From NCBI RefSeq assembly GCF_964204865.1, contig NC_135253.1:23746001-23810000 (forward strand): a stretch of DNA of 64,000 nt. Direction: 5' to 3'. This DNA comes from Styela clava. Its lineage: Eukaryota. A program made the position numbers and the translations under genes. Positions 26,475 to 40,013 of the stretch are shown here, piece by piece (position 1 is the stretch's first letter; every line of letters starts with the position of its first letter). The notes beneath the pieces are model-generated. The model was given only the letters and a program-made list of their open reading frames with translations, made no database searches and was not told the DNA's origin.

Positions 26475-29400
26475 ATATCACCTTAGCGTATAGTTGAGAG
26501 ATATCTGAAGAACGTCTGTTCAGTAACTTATACTAAGAATATATATATATATATTAAAGCTTTGTGCATGTGTTATCTGTTTAAGTAGGAAAGAGTGATC
26601 GCCTGAAGACGATAATACAAATGTAAGATAGTTGGATTACGTTTGTCTTGGTATTTCTGGCCATTCAAAACGCTCATGTGTCTTTAGAATTGTTACATTA
26701 CGCGCATGCGGATCCATTATCTAAGATTTTAATAGGTCATTAGGTAGGGCGCTAATCCAATATAACTTTAAATGAACATCTTAGAGAAAAAGCAAATAAT
26801 ATTTGGATCTTTTCAGTGTTGGGCCTATAACAAGAAGATGCATTGTCAACTGTGACATCACTTCTATTTAACTATGTTACTTACTTCGTAATTCTGTTGT
26901 GCAAGCATTTTGATACGATGTATCAAACGGTGCCAATCTTTTGTGAATTGATTTTGATAACGCAATATTATTTCCGATTGGTCTTTGAAGATTACGAACC
27001 AATACAGAAACATCGTGGTAAATGGTTTGCTTGTTAATTTGGGATTCGCGATGATCAGGTTCGCCTGATTAGATCAAGCAATAAGTTTATTAGTATGAAA
27101 ATAGTGTTGATAAGATATGATAATTTATTGATAAGCATACATTTAATAATTTGGGGACTGGGAATCTATCTCTGATGATTAAAATGCATATTGAAAAAAA
27201 AAAATGAATAGACAACTATCAAATAGATAACGGGTAAGCGATAATATACTATTGCGTGGCGTTCCGAACTAGACTTTAATCCAGTGGAATTAACGAAATT
27301 GAAAAAAAGAGACCAAAATCACGCGCAGTGAAAGTGCAGTACCTACCCCTTCTAATAAAGGGAGGTCCAAAAATAGGTTTACAATTATCAATACTTTTAA
27401 TTTGGCAACATCCCGCGGTAGTGACTTTCTTGTCACAAGGTTAATCAGGACAGAGATGGAATTTTCATATTTATCGCGCGCGAGAGAAAAAAAACTGATT
27501 AGGCCAATATTATTAATTGGATTATATCATCATTATGTCAGATTTCACGTCATCCCGGTTTCCCAATTTTTATACTTTTAACACACTTTCTTCATATTTT
27601 GAGTATGTTACACTCTTATCAATGCGAAAAAACATTCATGAATAGTCGATAGAAGACAGTTTGATTAAACAATCGAAAATGTGCTTAATCGCAGCATCTA
27701 GCGGTTGAAAATATTGGCACTGAAACTGCGCGATTTATCAGTTATGTTTCAGAATCGAAGCATAATTGTCTTTATCTGTCATATTTCTTCTTCGTTTTTT
27801 CAGACATTAAGAAGTAGATTTCTTAATTATCTGGAAGGACCTAAAAGTTAGAATAAATCTAATTCTAGAAGATTAACATTTTTAAAGTAATTTTATTACT
27901 ATTATTGTATCTTTCACGTTATTAAGTTCTCTAACCAAATCAAAAACTCTAGTAATGACAAATAAACGCATTAGAAACCCCTGCCAAATTCACTGTAATA
28001 TGCTTTTGAAATAATTTTAGATTCCATTGTCGAATAAAAGTTAATCTAACTTGAACTTTTGGACTATAGAAAAGCGGGTTTGTTTTTTAGGGCACAGCAC
28101 ACAAATGTCAATCATACACAAAATACCGATCATGAACTAAAGAAACCATAATTTGACTGCTCAAATTTTTGGACTAAAAGTACGCGCGAAACAATTTTTG
28201 TTTAGAGCAAAGATGTACATATTGTTCCCTGTGCTATTATGTTGGTATTTTTCTTCCTGTTATTATGAAAAAATCGCTTTTCACAATAACTAATTGCTTT
28301 GAAAGTTTCAGTGGCGAAAGCTTGCATTTTTCGCTAGACGGCTATTACTTATAGTTATTTAAAAACTGTTAGTGGGCTTTATGTGATTCGTGTTTCACTT
28401 CGAAATTTTTCTTACAAAAACTTATCGAAACACTCAAAGACAAACTACCAATTTAAAAGAAAAGCCCATCTTCTACAATTCTTGTTCGGGGCATTGCTAG
28501 CAAATTATTCCGAATGGTCGATCTGTAAGACACCTTGAATAATAGAGAGAGATATTTGTGTGCTGCCTTTTTTCTCGTCGTATCTCGCAACTCGACAATC
28601 GGCATTGCTCCATACGGCGTTAATTTAGTTAGTCACACACTTAGCTACCGTATGTATTCCTTTCTCAATTTTTCAAATGAGCATTCAATTTGGTGTTCGC
28701 GGCCTTGGGAATATCAGAACTATAAATTGAGAAGACTCAGGAATACTTCGCCACAACATCGGCGATGGAACAGAAGAATAGACAGTTGAGTTAGAATATA
28801 GAAAAGGCTTTTGAATATCTTTCAGTAATGAAAATCATGCAGGGATATAACTATACCATAATGTGATATACCTACATCAAAGCTTATAAACTATGGAATA
28901 CAATCATTAGGAGATACTGTCTGACAGTGGACATGGATTAGATACTTTAATTTTTTTCCAATAAATCTTCCATTATACAGTTCGTTTTTTGCCGCGTGGA
29001 TAAAATTTGGTACTTTGAGATACACAGTTGAAGTTATACTTTGCTATTTTTATCGTTGAAATTCTTGTTAAGAGTAGTTTTCTTGTTAAACTCACAGAGA
29101 AAGGAGTATAAACGAACGAAATGATTTTAAGTGGAAGTTGAATAGATTGTACTATAGTTTTATACAGTGGTACTTTGTCTTCAACGGCAAAAAGTTTTTT
29201 TTTGAATGACTGGTAGTCGCCTAAAGGCATATTTTTTAAATTCCATTTCTTATCAAAACACTGTCCAACCTTACGTGAGAGTTTTCACCAGTTGTGCGGT
29301 GAAGGTTTTCTGATCGCTGTGTTGTTGTTTTGCTTCGCGGTTAAGAAAGTGTGGTATGATTATCTCGGTATATATTTTGAGCGTGAGGATTATATATAAT

Positions 29401-29550
29401 ATTTTTTTGATTTGAATGTTTTCAATATAAAATAACTGACTGTTCTAAACGCCATTTTGGTCGGAAATCCAATTAATATATTTTTACTTTTTTTGTAAAT
29501 GTATTTTATATAATTTGTAAGAATTAGCGTTTTCGTTACACATCATTTTA

Positions 29551-29688
29551 TATTTTTCAGATTTCTAATTATAAATGTAAAGCGAAAATATATATCTGCA
29601 TATTATACTGTCCTTTCGGATCTATCAAAGTTTGAGATATTCCGAGATCTGTAAGATATTTTGGGAATACTTTACCACAAATAGAACA
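29551..29688 (+). other. Splice acceptor (tatttttcag| at 29560) and 5' UTR part of the first coding exon
   Basis: Strong T-rich acceptor 128 nt upstream of the ATG. BMP2/4 genes usually have an upstream non-coding exon; this could also be a trans-splice acceptor if the host is a tunicate. Confidence 0.6.
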
Positions 29689-30049
29689 ATGCATTTCCAA
29701 ATACACCTTATTGGACTTTTTATTATAATCTCAACAACATCGGGGATGCTCCCGGAGGCTGGCCGGGCGAACTTAATCGAACAGGCGGAAGCAGACACAC
29801 CCGAAGCCGAGGAAGCGATCGTCAACGAATTCGAAAAGAAACTACTAGATATGTTTGGACTTACTCGTCGCCCGACTCCCTCAGGGGACATGCCCGTTCC
29901 GCGGATTATGCAACACCTCTATAAAGCCCACATGGGGGATGATTCCGACGGCCCCCACAGCTTGGTACCCACTTGGGAACCCGGGTTCGATCTCCCCCAT
30001 GACGAGATTGCGAGCCGAGTGAACACAGCAAGAAGCTTTCACCATTTAG
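29689..30049 (+). CDS. BMP2/4: BMP2/4 precursor, first coding exon (signal peptide and N-terminal prodomain)
   Basis: ATG at 29689 opens MHFQIHLIGLFIIISTTSG (hydrophobic signal peptide), followed by BMP prodomain motifs FEKKLLDMFGLTRRPTP, VPRIMQHLY and VNTARSFHH. Ends at donor TTAG|gtaag (phase 1), the intron position conserved after RSFHH in BMP2/4 genes. Confidence 0.95.
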
Positions 30050-33000
30050 GTAAGATTTTGAATTTTTATTCTATAGTAAAATAGTTTTATGAATTAGTGT
30101 TATATTTCATTTAATTAAATAGTTTAATTACTATCTGAATAATGCGAAGTTCAGTTAGAAAATCCGCGCTTCACGTTATTTTTAAAAACGATGTTTTTCG
30201 ATCGTCGAATTTTAGAAATTTTATTTTAAGACAGATTCAGATAGTCCATGTGCCTTGAACATTAAACTGCTTCTATTTTTATACCCGACTTGGAATTGAA
30301 AGCCGACAAAAGACTGTAGTTCGACGCATTTAGTCGTCTTAACGATTCCACTCTTTCCCGGGATTACTATATTCTCATATTTATTCGTTTTTGTGACTCA
30401 AATAAGCGTAAGTGCGTTTTAGAAAATAATTGTCTTAGCCCGATTTTATAATTCATTCCACTTTTTCCAATTAATATGAACCCTTTAACCATTTACCAGT
30501 CTTACCATTCGAAGAAGTATCTTGGCGATTTAGAATTATCTGATTTAGCAGTTTTGATATATTTCATCTCGATTTTCCTAATTCGCGCTTTTTGGCCAAA
30601 ATTGGGTTATTATCGGAAGTATGAAATATATATTCGTGAAATGCCGGTATTTATCAATAAAAATTTCCGCCCATAAAGCGTTTTACTGCACTATAAACCG
30701 TTTCCTTAGATATAATTTGCAAAGAGAGGATTAAATACAGTTTGTTTGCTAAAACGTTAGAGCTTTTATCGTTAGTTTGCGACAACATTTCTGTCGAGTA
30801 CGTGTTCCTAACTGGCGGCAGTTAGGCGCTTGATTTCCCGCCGAAATATAAAAAATTTTCCCATTTCAAATTCCTGTCGCGGTCACGTTCCAACTCTTAA
30901 AAATGTGATACATTAATGAATACATATCAAATCTTGAGCTAAAATATCGTTTCGAAGGAGTCTGAAACTTCGGTGATCATTATTGTAAATGTTAAATCTA
31001 TAAACCGCGTTATCATCACCAGCGCATAAATATTTACCATCTAAAAGTGACCAGACATTACGGCGCTTGTCCTTCGTAAAACAATAGTGAGATACCATGG
31101 TTCGTCCAACCCTTTACATACAAGAAAGTCGAACTATTCGATTTTAAATCGGTAGCAATGTTGGTGATTTGTGTAACAGGGGTTAATATAAATGTTTTAA
31201 GGTCGGTAGATAAAGTTTAATCATTTTGTCGGTTTCTGTAAAAGCCGGAAAGATAAAAAAACCTCTGGACAACTGTTCACGAAAATATCGACTTAGAAGT
31301 CTTTCCCGGAGTTAAATGAGTCCATTACTGCTAATTTTGCCTGGATAAATTGGTTTACGCGAAGTAGCTGTCTGCAAGTCGGCCGTTTCAGATGGTCCAT
31401 TCATACGACGTTTTGGTCGATATATCCCTAACGTGCTGTCTACATGGGAGCATAACTACCCTCTTCGAGGGAGCTATTCGAATGTAGATTGGTACCATAT
31501 ATTCACTCTGTCCATACGTATTGTTAAATCGAGTAAAATATGGTTAAAGATTGTGGGCTCTATGTAATTCGTTTTTCACTTCAAAATTTTGTGTGGTGAC
31601 CTCTTCAGAATTAATTAAAATTATATGTAGCGGTTTCTTTGACCTCTCTCGGCCTACTCCCGCGCTGCACAGAAGTAGGAAATGTTTTGACCGTATCCCA
31701 CAGTAGACTAGGTTAGGTGCTGTATAAGAGAAAGCTCTCTTGTTGCGAATAAGCTTGGCAACAGCCACTCGCTAACACCGTACATATGTCGAGCATATGG
31801 TGCGCTTTTTCATACAATAACCATTATTGTAGCAGACACTATTCTACGGGGGAGAAGTAGATTAATTGAAAAATACAAAAATAAAATGTAGTTTTTGTAC
31901 AAAACCTGATGCCATAGTGATATCATATAACGCTTTATACTGTATGGAGACGCCGCGGCATACGCCTATCACGCATATTTCGGATATGCCCGTAACCGTT
32001 AAGAATATAATAATAAATAATGGTGGGGTATACAATGTATAAGTTGTAAATCAAAATTTATATATAATGAACGTTTTGAAGCTTTATATACCAAATTATT
32101 ATTTGATTTCCGCCCCATAAGGATGTTAATGTCTTGATTTAAATACACTATAAATTAGGAGAAATAAAATGGAGAATATCAAACGAGCTGTATTAGAAAT
32201 AACTAGGTTTGTTTCTTTATTATATCTCTAGTCCGAGCTCGAAAAAGGTAAAATTATGAGAACGATCGGTTTCATTGATTGATCATTGTGTCGTGTGTTA
32301 CATTTATGACAAAACAATGCGATTTCGACACACTTATCAACGTGTTATCTTCTAATTGTTGTGTTATGATCAAACAATTAAAAATTATAACAACCGGCTT
32401 TGTTTTATGATGTAATTATTGTTCATTAAATTACCAATTTAATTCCCTGTTGCACTCTTAATTTTTCAGTTTTTGTTCTATAAATTAGCAACAATAACAT
32501 TATTAAAAAACATGTTTTTGCGCCAAAATAAAATTTCAGTCTTAAAAGCTGGGTAAGGATATTTTGCCTGACTGAAATTGAATAATAATAGTCCACATTT
32601 TTAAATAGTCATATATTAGTATTGTTTTCGCTTCGAAACGTGTTGTTATATGCGACAAAATCAGTGTATGCTAGTTAGCTGGATTATGTAAATGGCAGTA
32701 TGTTTTTATTTTTCAAGAGAATTTGTTCAATGTAGAGTAACGAGCACTCACTCAGAAGCAATGGCGTATACAGGGTATGACAGCCATGGCCCATGGCCGC
32801 CGTTTGGATATGGACGCAAAAGGGCGAAATTTTTTAATCGTGAAATGCCTAAAAAAATATTTTTAAATTGGAAACTTCAATACTAACGTGTAAGACATCA
32901 ATTCGGCAACAGTCGTAAAAAATGTCAGTCAACGATCAAGGGGGCGCAACTTTGCCACGCTCGTAATATTACGTAGATACGCAACTGCTCAGAAACAAAT

Positions 33001-33454
33001 GCAACTTAGCTATGACCAAAGTTACTGCCGACGACTGAAACTATACATAACATGTTGTCACATATCACGCCATAATAGATCTTGCGTTCTTGGATGCTTC
33101 TTACTTTTGAGATTGCGGCGCTCTCGACAGTAATACAAACAACAGTTCAAGTAGCCGAGACTGCAGACTAATGTTGCTCTCGTGTTTGCAAGATAAGAAA
33201 GACAGTGTCTCATTTATAATTTTTTTTATATTTCATAACAGTCCAGGATAACCTCACTCGGTTTTCAAACAGTTAAGTGAGAATAGTAAAACACGTAGAA
33301 ATAATAGCAATCGATGTAATTAATATTGTTGGCCTGCGCACTTTAAGACTGGCGATTCGAAACTGAATTTGTTAGCAAACTTTATTTGATCGTCTAAGTA
33401 TCAAGTTGGGCGGACTCGAATGAAACGTGTTTAGGAACTCGATTAGTCGGTTGT

Positions 33455-33605
33455 ATTTATTTAAATTTAAAACCAAAGTTACATCACATGCGTATGGCTG
33501 CATTTAATTGAATTATAACCAAAGTGACGTCACATTGAGTATTGTTTCATTTATTTAAAATTAAAACCAAAGTGACGTCACATTGCGTATTTGCATTACG
33601 TCATC
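33455..33605 (+). repeat. Three ~47-bp tandem units carrying CRE-type TGACGTCA
   Basis: ACCAAAGT(T/G)AC(A/G)TCACAT at 33472, 33518 and 33566. Confidence 0.85.
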
Positions 33606-34407
33606 ATGCCGTATTAAGCCACGAACAAGGTAAACAATTTCCCGCTTAAATACACTTGTAGAAAAGAACACATATAACATATCTGTCGCATACCAAGAAT
33701 AAAGATAAATTTGACATTTTATTACAAATTATCCGAGCTATATTTGAATTGAATGTAATATCGACGCCCTGAACTCAAGTAATTACACAATTAAAAGCAA
33801 ATTGGTTCATTTTAAACTTGTTAACATAATCATATATCAGGAATATCACCTTTACATATGAATAATCCTTTAATTGGGTGAAAATGTAATATTTTTCTCT
33901 TCAAAACCTATTTTTAAATATGATTTATAAGAAATAAATTTTAAAATCGTTTTTAGAAAATCTCCCTTGTAATAAGTATCGCCCTGATTGTTACCTCAGG
34001 CGTGTTTACCGTTCATGGCAACAGATTGGTGATTTATGCGTAATTAAGGCCGAAATATCGTCGCAATTTGAATGTTTTCCCACGCACCGCTTGCCAAGAT
34101 TTGCCCCTAATTAATTTAATTAACTGGGCATTGGTTGGTCATCCCTGCTGAGTTAGAATAAGGGAATTGCGTCATTGTGAATAAAAGAAGAGATGGTGTT
34201 ATCTAAAATATCATTTTACATTGTCTGTTTTATTGGTATTACGTAGTAATTTTATCATATTTTTTTGTTAAATCCCCCTTTTGCATCTTTTTGGACTCTT
34301 TATACCTCCGATGCATAAAAACACTTTATTTGTTCAATCTTTAAATGGAGTTTTAAGTGGAGCTAGTGTGATGTGCAAGTAAAGTTCAAGTAGGTAATTA
34401 AAGGGTA

Positions 34408-34445
34408 GCCTAACCCTAACCTGGTACACATACTACGTTCCGGTA
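34408..34445. mobile_element. Family A MITE fragment in the BMP2/4 intron
   Basis: GCCTAACCCTAACCTGGTACACATACTACGTTCCGGT matches the internal arm of the 236-bp element. Confidence 0.7.
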
Positions 34446-35935
34446 TCCCCCCTCCACAAAAAAAATAATAAAAAGGCGAACTCCCTTCCTGTGGAGGAAG
34501 TAAACCCCTATGTAATATATACTTCACTGCTGTGCTTGCTCGAGTCACTGACTCGACTTGAGTTGAACGCGAGTCACTATTTATCAGTACCTTAAAGTGA
34601 CTTGAAATTTGTAAAAAGTCCTCAACCCCTTGTTCGAAGAGAAGGGCTTGAAAAATTGTCGAAAGCGATTGACTGTACTGAGTATGCAAGGTCAAATTCA
34701 CATTCATTCTAAATTTGAGTTCATTACATTGTAGAAAAAAACTTCTAACCGGCTCTAATTGCTACTTAGTGTAACTATCAAATTTCACAGATAATTTCGC
34801 CCTCAAACAAAGCCAAGGACACAGGAAATCCAATGTAATATAAAAATGAGAGGGATCATGATCTAGTTAATACCTTATGTTTTATACATGTAGGTAATAA
34901 TTAGTCTTGACAATAGCCAGGTTCGAATAACTTGAACATGGTAATTGTTCTTTACAAAAAAAGGCAGACCACCCTTGAATGGTTTTCCCAGGCAATAAAA
35001 TGTGGCAACGCATTTCCGTGTTTCACCAAAATTTTTATTTGGATGTATAATTATTCGCAATTTTAGGGATTTTAATTTAAATGACATTTTAACTAGGTGC
35101 GAATTATTTAAGGTTTTGAATATTGGCACATACCCAAAGCTATGACATCATTCTCATTCATAATACAGTAGATCCAATCGGTTGAATGTTAGAGTAGAAA
35201 TAATTTATTCTTGTCTTACTTTGTTACCTTACAATATAGGAATCTTTGCGTATTCAGGGGGTATGTTGAGTGTGGACCCCCTTTTTTGAAATGTGAAAAA
35301 AGCATTTTTATGTATAATACTTATGTATAAGACTCTTGAAAACCCACGTTTTCCGACCGGACTCGCTGGCGGATACGATGTAACTTGGCAATTAGAAATG
35401 ACCTCTGAAAATTCATGGCCACGACCATGTTTGCAGTCCGGGGAAAGAAAAGTCGATGAGGCAGCTCAGTTATATGGCGAACCCATGAACTATCGATCGT
35501 TCACGTCTGGTATGAATATAGTTACCCAGTTATTTGTTTCAAATGCATTAGATGTTTTCACGAAACTTGTCGTTTCTCCGACACACGCCCCAATTTTTGG
35601 CAGTCAGGAGGCCTTACGTAAAGAAGAGGTTAAGGGCAAAAGTTTTTTACCCTACAAAAATTGTAATTAGGTCATTTTTTAATTATAGCAATTACACAAA
35701 ATATCTTTTTTTGGAAGCAATTGATCTAAAAATACCTAAAAGTTACTATTTAAGGACCCTGTGAAAACCGCCATTAATAAGTTCCATGGGAAAATTAACA
35801 AATTTAAATTTTCGGATATTCTGTATAATGTTACAATATCCGAAGCCGATTTAAACGATTTGGGAAACTGACACTACCGGGATCAAAGCAGAGGTTATGA
35901 CCTCTGTAGACATTTGAATTTATATTTCACACAGA

Positions 35936-36192
35936 CTATGTTTTCCGTCCAATTTTAGGAAATTTCAGTAAATTGAAAAGCATTTGTCGCCCCTTGGAGA
36001 GTTCTAAAGTGAGATTGTAACATTTATATCCAATTTAGGAAAAATCAGTAAATTGAAATGCATTTGTCGCCCTTTGAAGAGCCTTAAAGTTAAATCGTAA
36101 CATTATAGGTGCAATGGCTATGTTTTCCGTCCAATTTAAGAAAATTTCGGTAAATTGAAATGCCATTGTCGCCCCTTGGAGAGTCCTAAAGT
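35936..36192 (+). repeat. Imperfect 3-unit tandem repeat (~80-100 bp)
   Basis: TCCAATTT..GGAAA..TCAGTAAATTGAAA.GCATTTGTCGCCC.TTG..GAG..CTAAAGT repeated three times. Confidence 0.8.
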
Positions 36193-39057
36193 TATCTCAA
36201 ATCGTTGTGTTATCAATTGCTTGTGGTTGGAGAATTAGTTTAACTATGTCGCTGGTTGAATATCTCGGGTTCCACCTCACCCAAGGTGTGATAAAATGTG
36301 TGTTTTAATTCGGAAAGATCATGATCATTTGAAGAACAGTATCTTCCTGTGTGATGGTGGCTTCTTATACAGGTCCTTATTCGGAGATATAGATTAAAAA
36401 CATTCCCGCCTTATTCAGAGATACAGCGAAAAGATAGAAGCGCCTATTAAAAAATCCGAAATTTAAGAGTTTTGATAAGTTTATATTCAAATATTTGTAA
36501 ATCTGATATTAGTATTATGTTTTTCTCAAAATTTATCTTTATGAAAAAAAGTCCTGATTACCTTTCCATGATCTAGAATGAAAACAATTTGATTGCATAT
36601 TTAAGAGAACAAATTACTTCCTTATACTCCTAATCAATAGTTTTGGGATTTCTCAACTACTGTTACTTAATGGTAGCCACTTAAACCGCGACCTTAACAT
36701 TTGTAGACGAATAACATGGACTGATATAAAACAAACAAACAAATACGTTATCTACCAGGAAGACAATACCTTCGGCATCCCTCGCCCCACTTTTACCAAT
36801 TTTCATTTATTTATTTTCCGGATTAGACCCCACGATAATCGTTTGTAAGATGAGAAGTATTAATCCGAATAGTAAATTAACATACGAGTCCTTCCCATTT
36901 TTGGAATTGTAGAAGATAGTAATATTTGCTTTTAGCTCAGTCCGAGTGGTAAAAAAGAAAAGTAAGTAGTACTTCGGGACTTGATTCTAAATGAAACCAG
37001 AGTTGATACCCAAGCGAGTCATTACAGTGTTTCATCGGAATTTTCGGTTTTTGTATTTATATGGTGATAAAAATATTTTTGGGGAGCCTGTTTCAAATGA
37101 TTAGAAAGTAAATGCTTCATTTCAAAATCTGTATAACCTACCAGCGCTCTCAAAACGGAAGCCATCCAATTGGCAATTTTGGACCTTATATTCATCCCAA
37201 TCTTAAGCTTAAGTTGGTCGATCGTATTTCAGAACAACCGTCCATTTCTCATTATTTGGTCAAAAATGCCAGGGTTGCACTCACCGTGCACCGCGTAAAT
37301 TTATGAATAAGAACGATACGTACTATTATTTTCAACAAAAGCAATGCTCCACATCATATACAAGCAGCAAAACGACTTGAAAATCGCTAAGTTGTTGAAC
37401 CGCGACCCTAAGCTTCGAAACGCGCCTTGAAATTTTGGCATCTGTATATATTTTTGCTACTTTTCAAAGTTCACAAAACACAAGGAACCAAATCATTGGA
37501 GATCCAACGCTTATGACCAAATTATTCGGTGAACCTAAGCGCTACTGGTATTTCATGGCTTGAGAACGCCTTTTCAAATCTTGGCTTTATATGGATGTTT
37601 GTTGTCGGTTGGTTGCAAGAAAAAACTTGGTGAACCATTATTTTCTTTTTAAATTTTACCCTGAGAACTTGGGTAAAATTTTTATCTAAAGTATATTAGC
37701 CAAGAACGCATCACGAATCCGACTTTATGTGATTACTTTGTGACCATTTTCTGTAGTCTTATAAATTTCCTAACCGCGAAATGCCATGAATGCTATTTAC
37801 CCACGATATGTAAATATGCTTTAAAATCTGTTGGCGACGATATAAGTTTTTGTTAAAAGTATCTCTCCCATTTCAAGCTACAGTCACAAGACTAGTTGTG
37901 TAGCCAAATTATTTTGTTTAACTAAAATCTAACCTACTGGCTCCTTAAGCAGGAGCAATTGCATGTACAGCGCTCGTTTAGGATGAATGTGTACCAGTTG
38001 CAATTTCAGTTTCACAGCAAAGTTGTTTTTTTGAAATCTAACCTAGTACCTAGCCTTGTGTATTGTAGCGATGACTTGTTCAGAACCTTCTTTGGAGTAA
38101 ATGTGTCACGGCCATCAGTCCACATCCATGTTAAAAAACTTTGTTTATATGAAATCACACCCAGTAACATGGTATATAGTAGTAGTTGCTTTTCTTGAGC
38201 CTTATTCAGAGTGAATGTGTAGTATGTCAAATATAAAAGGGTAAATATAACAAGTAAAATAAGACTATGTATAATGTGTGGCGATACCTATTCGGTTATC
38301 TTTTACATTTCCATCAGATAATTCGAGCCTTTTATTTTCCGTTTCAACTTTTGACAAAGCGATAATTTTGGCCCCACAGTGTGGTCAATTATGGGTATCC
38401 GGTGGGACTTAAAAAACCCCATATTACCCCATTTTGCTGATATCATTTCATCCCATAATCTTTGCCCAATGCGGGCAAGCGTAAACTGGTTTTCTGCAAG
38501 TATTTTAGCCTTTGTTACCAAACAATCCTAATTTTCTTGACATATTTGTGACATCATAGACGAGTACACTAATCGCTCTATTGCTGTTAACTCTACCGTG
38601 TCGCATTCCGAAGCAGTTTGCCTCGTTGTACGGTCGTTATTGCAAAAATAGCTGTCGACAGTAAATTTTTTGTTGTACAAATACTACATGTCGTAGAAGA
38701 TTACATAATCCAGTCTCGATTTTAAGTATTTTCAAAACGGAACAAAGTATAAGCAGAATTATGTATCAGAATGTAAATGATTGAAACCATTGGAACCATT
38801 GAAAATTCACCAATTTCTATGAAAAGTTAATCAAAGAATGAAGCAAAAACAAACAAAAACTGGTCCAATATTTTATCTGATAGCGGTTTATATTTGAAAT
38901 TGGTTTCACATAGTCACTGTTTACCAGAACATTTTAGTGTTTTACAAGCAGTTTCTCATTTTTTATATGTTCCATTGATTTTATTAGTAAGTCTAGTATG
39001 GTTTCTTTGCTATAACGCAGGTTCCAGATATTAATAGTGATTTTATTTGTGTTTCAG

Positions 39058-40013
39058 AATCAGAGGAAAGACCGGAATGGATCGCAGACAACCACATTCG
39101 CCTTATTTTCAACATTTCGTCCCTACCGGTCAACGAAGAGCTAAAATTTTCGGAATTACTGTTACATCGTGCTCAAATCGAAGAGCATATGAATTCAGAG
39201 ATGCATGATAGACTTCATCGAATTAACATTTATGAGATCATCAAAATGGTTGGTGATTCAGATGACGATACTATGACGTCTTCTGATGACGTAAACACTG
39301 AGCATGCAAAACTTCTTGAAATGATTAAACAACGAAGAAGGCGATTCGGATTGAAACGTAAAAATGAGCCCATAAAGCGACTCTTGGATACGCGAGTTAT
39401 CGACACCACTAACACTACGTGGGAAAGGTTCGATATCAGTTCCGTGGCGCGGAAATGGTTGACGGAAACCAATCATGGACTAATTGTGGAAATAGTGAGG
39501 GAGGACGATGGGGAATCTCCTAAACCAGGGGCGGACAAACACGTCAGATTAAGGCGTGATTTGAGCGATAATTTATCCCCCGCGGAACACCACCATACCC
39601 GTCCCTTAGTCCTGGCTTACACTGATGATGGTACGCAAACCAACCTTTCACGTAGAGTGAGACGTAAACGCAAAGCCAACAAACGACGAAAGAGACGCAA
39701 GAGTTGCAAACGTCAAAATCTTTACGTAGATTTTGCTGAAGTCGATTGGAATGATTGGATTGTAGCCCCCCATGGATACCACGCTTTCTATTGTGACGGC
39801 CCCTGCCCTTTTCCTCTTGCTGAATACATGAACGCCACAAATCACGCTATCGTGCAAACGCTGGTGAATGCAGTAGAACCACTCCTGGCCCCTATGCCAT
39901 GCTGTGTACCAACAGAACTAAGCTCAATAGCGATGCTTTATTTGGACGAATTAGAAGTTGTCGTACTGAAAAGTTATCAGCAAATGACAGTAGACGCCTG
40001 CGGGTGTCGGTAG
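39058..40013 (+). CDS. BMP2/4: BMP2/4 precursor, second coding exon (rest of prodomain, furin sites, mature cystine-knot ligand)
   Basis: Acceptor ttttatttgtgtttcag|AA joins in frame (G+AA=Glu) to give ESEERPEW...[15 protein letters not shown]..., [27 protein letters not shown] and HVRLRR. The mature domain reads [30 protein letters not shown]...[13 protein letters not shown]...[16 protein letters not shown]...CGCR with 7 cysteines. TAG stop at 40011-40013; spliced product 438 aa. Confidence 0.97.

Larger units (their letters stand above)
30050..39057 (+). other. BMP2/4 phase-1 intron, 9008 nt
   Basis: GT...AG boundaries with a pyrimidine tract; splicing restores a continuous reading frame between the two exons. 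Confidence 0.92.

Noticed and set aside
29632-29688. ORF-track start of the 150-aa ORF and its tail to 30084
   Set aside because: Starts at TTG; the ATG at 29689 gives a proper signal peptide, and the ORF tail after 30049 is intron.
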